Shown: positions 1 through 8,758 of the stretch, one piece after another
Layout: each line of letters begins with the position of its first letter
Numbering within the stretch: the stretch's first letter is position 1
Source of the DNA: a virus
Lineage: Duplodnaviria; Caudoviricetes
IMG/VR virus record: IMGVR_UViG_3300033121_002193
Location: 71,486-135,485 of that record
Length of the DNA stretch: 64,000 nucleotides
Reading direction: 5' to 3' (one strand)
Notes under the pieces: model-generated
Database searches by the model: none
What the model saw: the letters and a program-made list of their open reading frames with translations, nothing else
What the model was told of the DNA's origin: nothing
Position numbers and translations under genes: made by a program

Positions 1-309
1 GAAATTTTAGTAAACAAAAAAGATCCTCCAACAATAATAAGATTTAGCATTGCCCATGAATTAGGGCATATTATTCATAACGAACAAAATAAACAATTTG
101 TTTACCTAGATTATAGAAATCAATTGGCTAGTAATGGTACGGATCCACATGAAATATTTGCCAATCAATTTGCTTCTTGTTTGCTCATGCCTAAAAAAGA
201 TGTTGGAGCCGCTTTTAATTTCCTAAAATTATCTGAGCTTGCACAACATTTTGATGTTTCTGAACAAGCTATAAAATTTAGACTTTTAAATTTAAATATC
301 ATGAACTAG
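1..309 (+). CDS. ImmA/IrrE-family Zn metallopeptidase (5' end outside window)
   Basis: Frame 1 is open from base 1: ...RFSIAHELGHIIH (HExxH)...EIFANQFASCLLMP...LAQHFDVSEQAIKFRL, the typical ImmA/IrrE signature. Confidence 0.85.
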   Translation, partial: EILVNKKDPPTIIRFSIAHELGHIIHNEQNKQFVYLDYRNQLASNGTDPHEIFANQFASCLLMPKKDVGAAFNFLKLSELAQHFDVSEQAIKFRLLNLNIMN

Positions 310-358
310 AAGTGTTCGCTCAGCTTATGATATCAAAAATCACTAACCAAATTCCCTC

Positions 359-482
359 AAACGAACACTTTTCCCCTATAGAAATAATTGCTTTTATCAG
401 TCTTTTTATACAAATTTTAACTAAGTACTTGATTTTATTCACTTTGTATAAAAACGAACACTTTTCCCCTATAGAAATAATT
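359..482 (+). repeat. 31-bp perfect direct repeat (359-389 and 452-482)
   Basis: aaacgaacacttttcccctatagaaataatt occurs twice; a partial inverted copy aagtgttcg lies at 310-318. Confidence 0.9.
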
Positions 483-815
483 AAAACTAACAAATTCTAC
501 AAATAAACTCTCAATAATAACCAATTTCACAAAATAAAACTACACAAACAACACAATTCATAAACAACCATGCTGCGCTATTCATACAACTTTTACATTA
601 AGTACATTAAACATTCACAAACAACATAAATCAACAGCTTACTATCAACAATATACAATTGCTGTAATTAGCATTTCAATGTAATAAATCTATATATGAT
701 TTAAAGTGCGTATAAGGCGATTACAGACAAGTTGTTAATATGCCATAGTGGGATATGTAAAATTAAAATAGAGCGCTAGAAATATATGTTTTGTATATGT
801 GATGATTAGATATAG

Positions 816-970
816 GCAGGGGCAGGGGCCCCGCATTTCCCGCAAAAAAACCCCCTGGGTAGGTTACCCCCTATGCTGGCGCGACGTTTAAAGCTTTAAT
901 TTTTTGGCGTTACGGTGGGCAAGCCGGTTGTAACGAACGCTAATAGGGCTAGAATCAACGAACGCAGCGT
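816..970. other. GC-rich non-coding island with short palindromes
   Basis: ggggcccc, gggtaggttaccc and cgttac...gtaacg within an otherwise AT-rich, ORF-poor 1.1-kb stretch. Confidence 0.6.
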
Positions 971-1424
971 TACCAATCATACTATACGCATTATCTATAC
1001 AAACACATATAAAACGATTGTGACGCTTTTATATTAGTGACGCTTTTAATTTATCTATTAAGCAACTGGTATAATTGCAACATTATTATTCTTGCAATAG
1101 CAATATTCGGTATACGTAGCAAACGTAAGAATAAGCGCAACACATTGCACACAATAACATTATCTCATTTGCTTATCTTGTATTACTATGTATAATCGCT
1201 TTCATGGCTATATTGGGCAAATGTGTACGTTTAACAATATTTACTATTGATAGGTTTTATTTCAAATTATTATTATTTATATGTCTTCTATTAAAAATAA
1301 GGTGTGCACGAATGTTTTTTCAATAGGGGATTTTCTTTTTTGGATATTTAAGACAGATGAAGAAAGATGGGAAAATTATGATGAGAAAAATTGATTTTTT
1401 GAATAAATTTTTGTAGAATAAATT

Positions 1425-1622
1425 ATGCCTTATTCTTGTAAACGAAAAATATTAATATTGTTATTAGAGCAAATTGAAATTTATTCTGAATATTTGAAAG
1501 AACAATTAAAAAATTCTGAAGAATATGAACAACCAATTGAAATTTGTCAGCAATTGTTTTCTGAAATGAATAATTGTTTTAAAGATTTTAATCTTTTAAT
1601 TAAATCAGATGAATTAAAATAA
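1425..1622 (+). CDS. hypothetical protein
   Basis: 65-aa ORF, acidic and helical composition. Confidence 0.5.
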   Translation: MPYSCKRKILILLLEQIEIYSEYLKEQLKNSEEYEQPIEICQQLFSEMNNCFKDFNLLIKSDELK

Positions 1623-1773
1623 AAAAATGATAATATGTATAAGTTAAGGTGATGTTGGATTTTGGGGCGAAAACGAAACATTACATTTAAGGAGATGCAA
1701 GATTGAATGGGTTGGGAAAGAAGGTATATTTCTATCCGGTTTTAAATATATTTCAGAAAAAAAATATAATTAT

Positions 1774-2052
1774 GTGGAATGGTATTTGAAATATTTGTAT
1801 AGCACTAACTTAACTCAACAAAATACATTAACACAAGTTGAAACATGCGATGATGAAGAAAAGACAATTGTACTAGAACGTTATTATATAGATGAAAATG
1901 GTTTAAAACAAGGTTTGTTTGAACGGTTTTATAAAGACGGTCAAGTAAAAGAAAAATGCACCTACAAAAATGATCAGTTAATAACCAAAAGTGAAATTTT
2001 AATACAAGCACTAATTTTATTTTTCTTAAAAATAATTCATTCACTTACTTGA
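1774..2052 (+). pseudogene. truncated MORN-variant (YwqK-like) repeat gene
   Basis: Shares LTQQNTLTQ.ET..D..KT...ERYY.DENG with 2484..3557; about one repeat, then reads into the promoter repeat. Confidence 0.6.
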
Positions 2053-2146
2053 CACAAAAATTATTCGTGGTATTATTTGAATATAAGTTGATGGATGAAT
2101 GATTCAAACATTAACGAACAACGCTGAAAAAAAAAGAGAGATAAAA
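2036..2146 (+). promoter_or_regulatory. Promoter/stem-loop/leader repeat, copy 1
   Basis: TTGACA (2049-2054)-16 bp-TATTAT with extended TG; invariant leader gttgatggatgaatgattcaaacattaacgaacaacgctg(A)n. Confidence 0.9.
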
Positions 2147-2398
2147 ATGAATACTAATAAAGACAAAATTGAATTAATAAATGAACAAATTATATTAGCA
2201 AAACAAATTATGATTAAAAATAATCTTGAAAAAGATTGGGAAGCTGTTGTGACTTCTTTTAAATTGAATAAAAAATCTAAAGAATTATTTGGGTTTAATT
2301 TTTGTAAAATTAATACATACCAATTACATGAAACAATAAAAGATTCTTATTTTTATGCCGCAGAGCGAAAAGTTGAAGCTATCGTTAAAAATATATAG
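2147..2398 (+). CDS. hypothetical protein (cassette gene)
   Basis: ATG directly after repeat copy 1; the ORF-track start at 2099 lies inside the repeat. Confidence 0.7.
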   Translation: MNTNKDKIELINEQIILAKQIMIKNNLEKDWEAVVTSFKLNKKSKELFGFNFCKINTYQLHETIKDSYFYAAERKVEAIVKNI

Positions 2399-2483
2399 TT
2401 TAAATAGAGCAAGTGCTTTATACACACAAGGTCAATTACTCAAATATTAATAACCACCTCAAAACAAAAAGGAAAGATACAAA

Positions 2484-3557
2484 ATGTCAAATAATAACAC
2501 ACACTTAACTCAACAAAATACATTAACACAAATTGAAACATTTTACGATGAAGCAAAGACAAAAATACAAGAACGATATTATTTAGATGAAAATGGTTTA
2601 AAGCAAGGTATGTACGAATCATTTTACGAAAACGGGGTACTAAAAGTTAAATGCTTTTATAAAAATGGCAAATTAGATGGCCCATACGAGGAATTCTGCT
2701 ACAACAGTCAACCAGCAACTAAATGTACCTACAAAGACGATAAACGAGATGGTTTATACAAGTCGTTTTACGAAAACGGGGTACTAAAAGTTAAATGCTT
2801 TTATAAAAATGGCAAATTAGATGGTTTATATGAAGAGTTTTACGAAAATGGAAAGCTAAGAGAAAGATGTAATTATAAAAATGATAAACTAAATGGTTTA
2901 TATGAAGAGTTTTATGAAAATGGTCAATTAGAAATAAGATACACTTGCAAAGATGGTATATACGATGGTTTATATGAAGAGTTTTACGAAAATGGCAAGC
3001 TAAGAGAAAGATGTAATTATAAAAATGGTTTAAGACAAGGTATGTACGAATCATTTTACGAAAATAGTCAGCTAGAAAAGAAAGGCACCTACAAAAATGG
3101 CAAATTAGATGGTTTATATGAATGGTTTTACGAAAATGGCAAGCTAAAAGAAAGATGCACCTATAAAAATGATAAACTAAATGGTTTATTTGAAGAGTTT
3201 TATGAAAATGGTCAGTTAAGTGAAAGATGTAATTATAAAAATGATAAACTAAATGGTTTATTTGAAGAGTTTTATGAAAATGGCAAGCTAAGAGAAAGAT
3301 ACACCTATAAAAATGATAAACTAAATGGTTTATTTGAAGAGTTTTACGAAAATGGCAAGCTAAGAGAAAAATACACCTACAAAGATGATAAAAAAAAGGG
3401 TTTATATGAATCATTTCACATAAATGGGCAATTAAAAGCAAAATTTACCTATAAAGATGGGAAATTAGAAGGGGCGATCGAACAGTTTCTTGAAGATGGT
3501 AAAAAAATAGCAGAATATGCATACAAAGATGGCGACATACATATAAAAATAGAATAG
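2484..3557 (+). CDS. MORN-variant repeat protein (YwqK-like), about 13 repeats of 24 aa
   Basis: Repeats of GLYEEFYENGKLRERCxYKNDKL, with 72-bp tandem DNA units. Confidence 0.9.
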   Translation: MSNNNTHLTQQNTLTQIETFYDEAKTKIQERYYLDENGLKQGMYESFYENGVLKVKCFYKNGKLDGPYEEFCYNSQPATKCTYKDDKRDGLYKSFYENGVLKVKCFYKNGKLDGLYEEFYENGKLRERCNYKNDKLNGLYEEFYENGQLEIRYTCKDGIYDGLYEEFYENGKLRERCNYKNGLRQGMYESFYENSQLEKKGTYKNGKLDGLYEWFYENGKLKERCTYKNDKLNGLFEEFYENGQLSERCNYKNDKLNGLFEEFYENGKLRERYTYKNDKLNGLFEEFYENGKLREKYTYKDDKKKGLYESFHINGQLKAKFTYKDGKLEGAIEQFLEDGKKIAEYAYKDGDIHIKIE

Positions 3558-3603
3558 AAATACCATAATTTTAAACACTAATTTCACTTTTTTTTGAAAA
3601 TAC

Positions 3604-3712
3604 TTCATTCGCTTACTTGACACAAAAATCATTTGTGATATTATTTGAATATAAGTTGATGGATGAATGATTCAAACATTAACGAACAACGCTGAAAAAA
3701 AGAGAGATTAAA
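3604..3712 (+). promoter_or_regulatory. Promoter/stem-loop/leader repeat, copy 2
   Basis: TTGACA 3617-3622, TGaTATTAT, same leader. Confidence 0.9.
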
Positions 3713-4191
3713 ATGACAAATTTAAATACATACACAATCAAAAACACAAACAATCAAGTTATTTTTTCTGGTCAATTCAATTCATTCAAAGAATGTATAG
3801 AAACTGCCGTAGAAAGAAAAATTAATCTAGAAAGTGCTTATTTAGAAAGTGCTTATTTAGAAGGTGCTAATCTAGAAGGTGCCAATTTAGAAGGTGCTAA
3901 TTTAAGTTATGCTAATTTATACAAATGCAATTTAGAAAGTGCTAATTTAAAAGGTGCTAATTTAGAAAATTCTAATTTAGAACATGCTAATTTAGAAAAT
4001 GCTGATTTATACAAATGCAATTTAGAAAGCGCTAATTTACAAGATGCTGTTTTAGAAAATGCTTATTTACAAAATGCTAATTTAGAAGGTGCTGAGTTAT
4101 ACAAATGCAATTTAGAACATGCTAATTTAGAACATGCTAATTTAATGTTGCCAATTTAAAAGGTGCAAAGCTAGCAAATGTAAAATTTTAA
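3713..4191 (+). CDS. pentapeptide-repeat protein, frameshifted near the C-terminus
   Basis: A(N/Y)LExx repeats; the ORF stops at 4159 but ANLKGAKLANVKF* continues in another frame to 4191. Confidence 0.85.
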
Positions 4192-4236
4192 TACAAAAAA
4201 CAACTAACTAGAGACAATTAGAATGAGATGATTAAA

Positions 4237-4485
4237 ATGACAAACACGAACAATAACACAAACTTAACCAAAATTGAAAAATGTGTTGATTATGCAAAAA
4301 CAACTGTTAAATTTAAATACTATATAGATAAAAATGGCTTAAAACAAGGCTTATATGAATTGTTTTGCGAAGATGGTCAGCTAGACGAACGATGTACTTA
4401 TAAAAATGACGATTTACACGGCATATTAGAATTGTTTGACAATCAAGGAAAATTTGAATTTAGCTGTAACTACTATACCAAATAA
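4237..4485 (+). CDS. short MORN-variant repeat protein
   Basis: YYIDKNGLKQGLYELFCEDGQLDERCTYKN. Confidence 0.75.
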   Translation: MTNTNNNTNLTKIEKCVDYAKTTVKFKYYIDKNGLKQGLYELFCEDGQLDERCTYKNDDLHGILELFDNQGKFEFSCNYYTK

Positions 4486-4496
4486 ACCATAAACAA

Positions 4497-4991
4497 ATGA
4501 AAACTACAATATTAACATTTCTAATATTAATAAGCGTAATAAATATTTTACATGCACAAACTTCAATTAATGCTTTTATTTTGAATTGTAACGATGGGGA
4601 CACTTGTAAAATGAAAGTCAATAATCAAATTATCAAAATTAGATTAGTTGGCATTGATGCCCCAGAGTTAAAACACGGGAAAAAAACAGCACAACCTTAT
4701 GCGCAAAAAAGCAAAAACGAATTGAACAACTTAATTAAAGATAAAAATGTATTGGTTAAATTATACAAAAAAGATATATATAAAAGATATTTAGGCGAAA
4801 TATTTTATAAAAATATTAACGTAAATCTAAAAATGCTAGAAATAGGCGCTGCCGAAGTTTACAGGGGTAAAAACGAAAAATCAATTGATTTAAATACATA
4901 TATCGAAAAAGAAAACGTAGCCAAGCAAAATCATATTGGCATATGGAATAACAAAAACTATGAAAGCCCCTTTATTTTTAGAAAAAAATAA
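4497..4991 (+). CDS. thermonuclease (SNase-like) with N-terminal signal/TM segment
   Basis: DGDT, IRLVGIDAPE, DIYKRYLG and GIW motifs. Confidence 0.92.
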   Translation: MKTTILTFLILISVINILHAQTSINAFILNCNDGDTCKMKVNNQIIKIRLVGIDAPELKHGKKTAQPYAQKSKNELNNLIKDKNVLVKLYKKDIYKRYLGEIFYKNINVNLKMLEIGAAEVYRGKNEKSIDLNTYIEKENVAKQNHIGIWNNKNYESPFIFRKK

Positions 4992-4998
4992 AAAAATC

Positions 4999-5111
4999 TT
5001 CATTCACTTGCTTGACATAAAAATCATTTGTGGTATTATTTAAATATAAGTTGATGGATGAATGATTCAAACATTAACGAACAACGCTGAAAAAAAAGAG
5101 AAATATTACAC
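4999..5111 (+). promoter_or_regulatory. Promoter/stem-loop/leader repeat, copy 3
   Basis: TTGACA 5012-5017, TGgTATTAT, same leader. Confidence 0.9.
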
Positions 5112-5591
5112 ATGAAAACATACGAAATCTTAAACACAAACAATGAAGTTATTTTTTCTGGTCAATTTAATTCATTTAAAGAATGTGTTGCAGCCGCTAC
5201 CCAAAATGGTATTGATTCACCTGGCAAATATTACAAAACTTTTTATGACAATGGCCAATTAAAATCAAAATTTATCTACTTAGATAATACTGTAGATGGT
5301 TTATATGAATCTTTTTATAACAATGGTCAGTTAAGTTTAAAATGCACATACAAAGATGGTAGACTAGACGGATTATATGAAAGTTTTTGGGAAAATGGTA
5401 ACATTGAAATAAAATGTACATACAAAAACGGCAAAAAAAATGGTTTTTATGAAAGATTTCACGAAAATGGACAATTAGCAATAAGATGCACATTTGTAGA
5501 TAACAGAAAAGAAGGGATGTGTGAAGCGTTTCATGAAGATGGAAAAGTAAGTATAAAAGGATCATACAAAAATAACATATATATATTTTAA
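5112..5591 (+). CDS. chimeric MORN-variant repeat protein
   Basis: N-terminus MKTYEILNTNNEVIFSGQFNSFKECV is shared with the pentapeptide genes and is followed by MORN-like repeats. Confidence 0.85.
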   Translation: MKTYEILNTNNEVIFSGQFNSFKECVAAATQNGIDSPGKYYKTFYDNGQLKSKFIYLDNTVDGLYESFYNNGQLSLKCTYKDGRLDGLYESFWENGNIEIKCTYKNGKKNGFYERFHENGQLAIRCTFVDNRKEGMCEAFHEDGKVSIKGSYKNNIYIF

Positions 5592-5645
5592 TATAAAAAT
5601 CAAACCAACATAAACTAGAGATAATTTAAAACGGGAGATACTAAT

Positions 5646-5867
5646 ATGACAAATTTAACAGTAACACAAAGATTAACTTTAGAAATAACTTCACTTGTAA
5701 AAACATTTGATAATTACACAGTAGAAACCGAACAAGATTTAATTAAAAAAGAAGTTTGTAGAAGGATCGCTGTTTCATCTGCTAAAATTGCACACTATGC
5801 AAACAACGGCAAAATTGCACATGCAGAGATTGAAGAATTAAAAAATATAGCGGATGTTTTTTCTTAA
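5646..5867 (+). CDS. hypothetical protein
   Basis: 73-aa ORF with GGGAG RBS. Confidence 0.7.
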   Translation: MTNLTVTQRLTLEITSLVKTFDNYTVETEQDLIKKEVCRRIAVSSAKIAHYANNGKIAHAEIEELKNIADVFS

Positions 5868-5873
5868 AAATAA

Positions 5874-5984
5874 TTCATTCACTTACTTGACATAAAAATC
5901 ATTTGTGGTATTATTTAAATATAAGTTGATGGATGAATGATTCAAACATTAACGAACAACGCTGAAAAAAAGAGAGAGATAAAA
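5874..5984 (+). promoter_or_regulatory. Promoter/stem-loop/leader repeat, copy 4
   Basis: TTGACA 5887-5892, TGgTATTAT, same leader. Confidence 0.9.
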
Positions 5985-6425
5985 ATGAAAACATACGAAA
6001 TCTTAAACACAAACAATCAAGTTATTTTTTCTGGTCAATTCAATTCATTCAAAGAATGTGTTGAAACTGCTGTAGAAAGAAAAATTTCTTTAAAAAATGC
6101 TAATTTAGAAGGTGCTAATTTAAGATATGCTAATTTACAAGATACCAATTTAGAAAATGCTAATTTAAGATATGCTAATTTAAGATATGCTAATTTAGAA
6201 CGTGCTAATTTACAAGATGCCAATTTAGAAGGTGCTAATTTAGCACGTGCCAATTTAGAAAATGCTAATTTAGAACGTGCTAATTTAAGATATGCTAATT
6301 TAGAACGTGCTAATTTAGAACGTGCTAATTTAGAACGTGCTAATTTAAGATATGCTAATTTAGAACGTGCTAATTTAGAACGTGCTAATTTAGAACGTGC
6401 TAATTTATTAAATATAAATTTTTAA
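5985..6425 (+). CDS. pentapeptide-repeat protein
   Basis: More than 20 ANLxx repeats, with 15-bp tandem units gctaatttagaacgt / gctaatttaagatat. Confidence 0.92.
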   Translation: MKTYEILNTNNQVIFSGQFNSFKECVETAVERKISLKNANLEGANLRYANLQDTNLENANLRYANLRYANLERANLQDANLEGANLARANLENANLERANLRYANLERANLERANLERANLRYANLERANLERANLERANLLNINF

Positions 6426-6459
6426 TAAAAAAACTAATTTCACTTTTTTTTGAAAATAA

Positions 6460-6569
6460 TTCATTCACTTACTTGACACAAAAATCATTTGTGATATTAT
6501 TTAAATATAAGTTGATGGATGAATGATTCAAACATTAACGAACAACGCTGAAAAAAAGAAAGATAAAAA
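6460..6569 (+). promoter_or_regulatory. Promoter/stem-loop/leader repeat, copy 5
   Basis: TTGACA 6473-6478, TGaTATTAT, same leader. Confidence 0.9.
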
Positions 6570-6954
6570 ATGACAAATACAAACAATAGTACAAACTTAA
6601 AATTAATTGAAACATTTTACGACAAAGCAAAGACAATTATAAAAGAACGATATTACATAGATGAAAATGGCTTTAGACAAGGTATGTACGAAGAGTTTTA
6701 CGAAAATGGAAAACTTAAAACTAAATGCACATTTAAAGATGATAAAATGGAATCTCTATCTGATCATTTTTATAAAAATGATCAGATAGAGATTCATGCT
6801 CTATTCGAATTATTTAAAGAGTATAGCAGATATTGTAAAAAGATGCACCTATAAAGATGATAAATTAGATGGTTTGTATGAATCGTTTTGCGAAGATGGT
6901 CGGTCTTATATGAAATTCACTTATGAAAATGGTCAGTTAATAACAAAAATTTAA
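6570..6954 (+). pseudogene. MORN-variant repeat gene with frameshift at about 6840
   Basis: The ORF stops at 6854; RCTYKDDKLDGLYESFCEDG...QLITKI* continues in another frame to 6954. Confidence 0.75.
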
Positions 6955-7019
6955 ATATGGTATTTTAAAATAAATGTGGCACATGTGACTTTTTTTTTAA
7001 CGTAAGAATTTAACCAAGT

Positions 7020-7250
7020 TTAAATCGTAATAGCTTGTATTATTAGCAACGGCCAGTCAGCAAAGAGGGTTTAAATGTCATGTACCTATTAGACGAACAA
7101 TACACACAGACGCCGTTTTATGGTGTCTTGCGAATGACTACTTATTTAAGGCGGCTTGGGTACGCGATTAACGAAAAGCACGTACAGCGCTTGCTTAGAG
7201 AAATGGGATTGTTTTCTATTTACACAAAGACTAATTTAAGTAAGCAAAAT
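7020..7250 (+). mobile_element. IS3-family transposase (OrfB N-terminal) remnant
   Basis: LNRNSLYY*QRPVS...LDEQYTQTPFYGVLRMTTYLRRLGYAINEKHVQRLLREMGL; internal stop, no DDE domain. Confidence 0.8.
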
Positions 7251-7736
7251 CAAATTAAAATGTCTTTTTCAAGACACAAACATTCTTATTATTGCACATA
7301 TCCGCAACTATACCTGCTACATTTGTCTAGCATTAAATGTACATGGCCAGATATTGTAAAAACACTATGCTTCAAAAATCATTTTAAAAGCCATTTTACG
7401 CATTTTGTTTTGCACATCTATAGCTTGGCATTGCTTATGATGTTTTCATCTATTAAACTGGCAATAAAGCGCTTTATTTTATGTATATTTGCTGTTGTTT
7501 GTGTAAGATGTGATAAAATTTTATACAATATATATAAAAATACCATAAAACAAAAGATGACGCACAGAGAGATACCACAACAACAAAGTAAATAAAAAAA
7601 TATAATAGTGTTTTTTACACAATATTACAATGGTGTTTTGTGTGTACAATTATCTTTTGCAAGAAACGAATATGTGGAACAAAAAAAGTCTTAATCTAAA
7701 TTATTGATATTACTTTCTTATAAAAGATAATAAACT

Positions 7737-7952
7737 ATGAATATAAAAAAATATAATTCTATTTTTAAAAAAAACAAAAATACAAAGATAAATAAACTTT
7801 CTAAAAATAAAAAACACAAACCTAAAAATCAAGCGGCAGTTACTTTGGGAAAATTAGGCGGAAAAGTTGGCGGTCCAGCAAGAGATAAGTCGTTGCCAAA
7901 AGCGAGAAAAATAGAAATTGCAAAACTTGGCGCCAAGCATAGATGGAAATAG
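7737..7952 (+). CDS. small basic (histone H1-like / nucleic-acid-binding) protein
   Basis: KNQAAVTLGKLGGKVGGPAR...RKIEIAKLGAKHRW matches a widespread small basic family. Confidence 0.7.
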   Translation: MNIKKYNSIFKKNKNTKINKLSKNKKHKPKNQAAVTLGKLGGKVGGPARDKSLPKARKIEIAKLGAKHRWK

Positions 7953-8154
7953 ATAAAATATTTTGTAAAACAAAAAAAATGCTTGAGCGCTCAAGCTAAG
8001 TGTATATTTTTTTGAATTCATTTTAATCATAAGCACAAACGTATTATTTATATGACTTGTATAAAGCATGTTCTTTGTCAAATATTTTTAACACGATAGA
8101 AAAAAAATAAAAATCAAGAGGCATCAAAAAAAAACAAAACATTAATAAATCAAC

Positions 8155-8182
8155 TTGACTTATTTGTTTCATTCGATATGAT
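8155..8182 (+). promoter_or_regulatory. sigma70-like promoter for the tRNA
   Basis: TTGACT-16 bp-TATGAT. Confidence 0.55.
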
Positions 8183-8199
8183 TTTTTTGATATTAATAT

Positions 8200-8272
8200 T
8201 CCGACTTAGCTCAGCTGGTAGAGCAGGTGACTGTTAATCATCGGGTCGCAGGTTCGATTCCTGCAGTCGGAG
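8200..8272 (+). tRNA. tRNA-Asn (GTT), CCA not encoded
   Basis: Acceptor stem TCCGACT/AGTCGGA, D arm agctcagctggtagagc, anticodon loop ctGTTaa, T loop GTTCGATTC. Confidence 0.95.
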
Positions 8273-8312
8273 TTTTTTGTTGTAATTGAGATATTTATAA
8301 TGGAGAAAAAAA

Positions 8313-8699
8313 ATGGAACAAATTGATGATACCGAAATAAAATCAACAATAAAATTAAAAAAAGAAACACTTGAAATAGAATTAAAAGATTTATGTAAAA
8401 AAATAGATGCAATACAAAAAGAATTAAACAAATATAATTCTCTTTTAAAAATATTAAATCAACAAGAACCAATTCAAGATTCAAGACAAGCGAAGCAAGT
8501 GAGAATAAAAATATTATTAGATAATTTAAAAACAAACGAAACCATTACACGAAAAAAAATAGAGTCAATTTTATCAAACAATCAGTTATCTGTAAATTCA
8601 TATGTATTAACCAATTACATTCATCATTTAAAAAAGCACAATTTTTTTACGCAAACCAGCAGAGGACTATTTAAATACACAGGAAAAACAATTGAATAA
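8313..8699 (+). CDS. hypothetical protein (coiled coil plus possible wHTH)
   Basis: GGAG RBS; C-terminal SRGLFKY resembles a wing motif. Confidence 0.6.
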   Translation: MEQIDDTEIKSTIKLKKETLEIELKDLCKKIDAIQKELNKYNSLLKILNQQEPIQDSRQAKQVRIKILLDNLKTNETITRKKIESILSNNQLSVNSYVLTNYIHHLKKHNFFTQTSRGLFKYTGKTIE

Positions 8700-8758
8700 T
8701 TAACCGAATAATATTTAAATAAACTTAATCATATAGTTGTTAATAAAAAGGCGCATAT

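Noticed and set aside
312-506. 64-aa ORF with an internal duplicated peptide
   Set aside because: It is explained by the 31-bp DNA direct repeat; GTG start without RBS, so more likely non-coding.
2791-3441. 216-aa antisense ORF (also 1805-2044, 2440-2622, 5272-5565, 6035-6253)
   Set aside because: These are shadows of repetitive MORN/pentapeptide genes on the opposite strand.
2484-6425. Diversity-generating retroelement acting on the repeat genes
   Set aside because: No reverse transcriptase in the window, and differences between copies are not confined to adenines.
2036-6569. CRISPR array or integron attC array interpretation of the five repeats
   Set aside because: Repeats are ~110 bp, contain promoters and are separated by 0.5-1.5 kb of genes; no cas or tyrosine integrase gene in the window and no clear GTTRRRY/RYYYAAC attC ends.
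7250-7595. C-terminal half of the 171-aa ORF 7080..7595
   Set aside because: IS3 similarity ends near 7250; the remainder looks like read-through into non-coding DNA.
8206-8535. Minus-strand ORFs overlapping the tRNA
   Set aside because: They are antisense to a clear tRNA and to ORF 8313-8699.
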